Of a DNA stretch of 64,000 bases, positions 63,808-64,000 are shown piece by piece. The DNA lies in NCBI GenBank assembly GCA_965216935.1, contig OZ244217.1, positions 3,597,565 to 3,661,564 of the forward strand. Reading direction: 5' to 3'. The position numbers and the translations under genes were made by a program. Under the pieces are notes generated by a model, which made no database searches, was not told the origin of the DNA, and worked only from the letters and a program-made list of their open reading frames with translations. Position 1 is the first letter of the stretch. Every line of letters begins with the position of its first letter. The stretch comes from Acidobacteriota bacterium (GTDB taxonomy: Bacteria > Acidobacteriota > UBA890).

Positions 63808-64000
63808 TCAGCGGTTGCTCGTGACCGTCGACTTGCGCCGATCTACGTAGCTTTGCAACCCGATTTCGAGCGCCTCCGCCAGCTCCGCCCGGTAGTCGAC
63901 CGTCTTCAGCCAGGCCTCTTCCTGCTCGTTGCTGACGAACGACGCCTCGACGAGAACGGCCGGCATCTTCGCTCCCACGAGAACAGAGAACGGAGCCGTC
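63808..64000 (-). CDS. N-acetylmuramoyl-L-alanine amidase (Amidase_3), 5'-partial at window edge
   Basis: C-terminus ...MPAVLVEASFVSNEQEEAWLKTVDYRAELAEALEIGLQSYVDRR matches Amidase_3 ends. Confidence 0.6.
   Translation of the reverse strand, partial: TAPFSVLVGAKMPAVLVEASFVSNEQEEAWLKTVDYRAELAEALEIGLQSYVDRRKSTVTSNR

Overview
This 64 kb window has about 68% GC and reads as bacterial chromosome with no plasmid or phage signatures. Several features point to an Acidobacteriota-like soil bacterium: an ADOP-type duplicated FtsX permease with a PadR partner, at least four PD40/TolB-type beta-propeller proteins, and a tricorn protease homolog. The left third (0–17 kb) is accessory. It holds a toxin-antitoxin island of three type II pairs (vapBC with a nonsense-interrupted antitoxin, hipBA, vapBC) plus secreted and hypothetical cargo genes. 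It also has a three-subunit molybdenum hydroxylase operon (cytochrome c, 2Fe-2S subunit, Tat-exported Mo subunit), a divergent two-component system, and a PadR-ADOP efflux pair. The most unusual region is 17.5–24.7 kb. Six co-directional minus-strand genes sit close together there: a secreted DUF1028 protein with a peptidoglycan-binding domain, two tandem HisC-family aminotransferase paralogs (one with a canonical Tat signal), a secreted protein built from plant-type LRRs, FN3, an InlB-B-repeat-like domain and six copies of an unfamiliar ~40-aa repeat (YVLDGFGGVHAGGGAP...TPYFGFDIARDLE), a prepilin-type protein, and a small secreted protein carrying two more copies of the same repeat. Other middle-region features are a MazF C-terminal relic, a tricorn protease, a Gfo/Idh/MocA–GMC–VOC oxidoreductase operon, cspA, and an orphan ParA with a long disordered tail. 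The right half (39–64 kb) is conserved core: tRNA-Val(GAC), thrS, infC (ATT start), rpmI, rplT, pheST, rny, ymdB, xseAB, ispA, tlyA, nadK, mce, meaB, acd, dcd, pepA, nrnA and pgsA. Start/stop overlaps of 4 nt (GTGA/ATGA/TTGA) and non-ATG starts are common throughout. No CRISPR array, integrase or transposase was seen.
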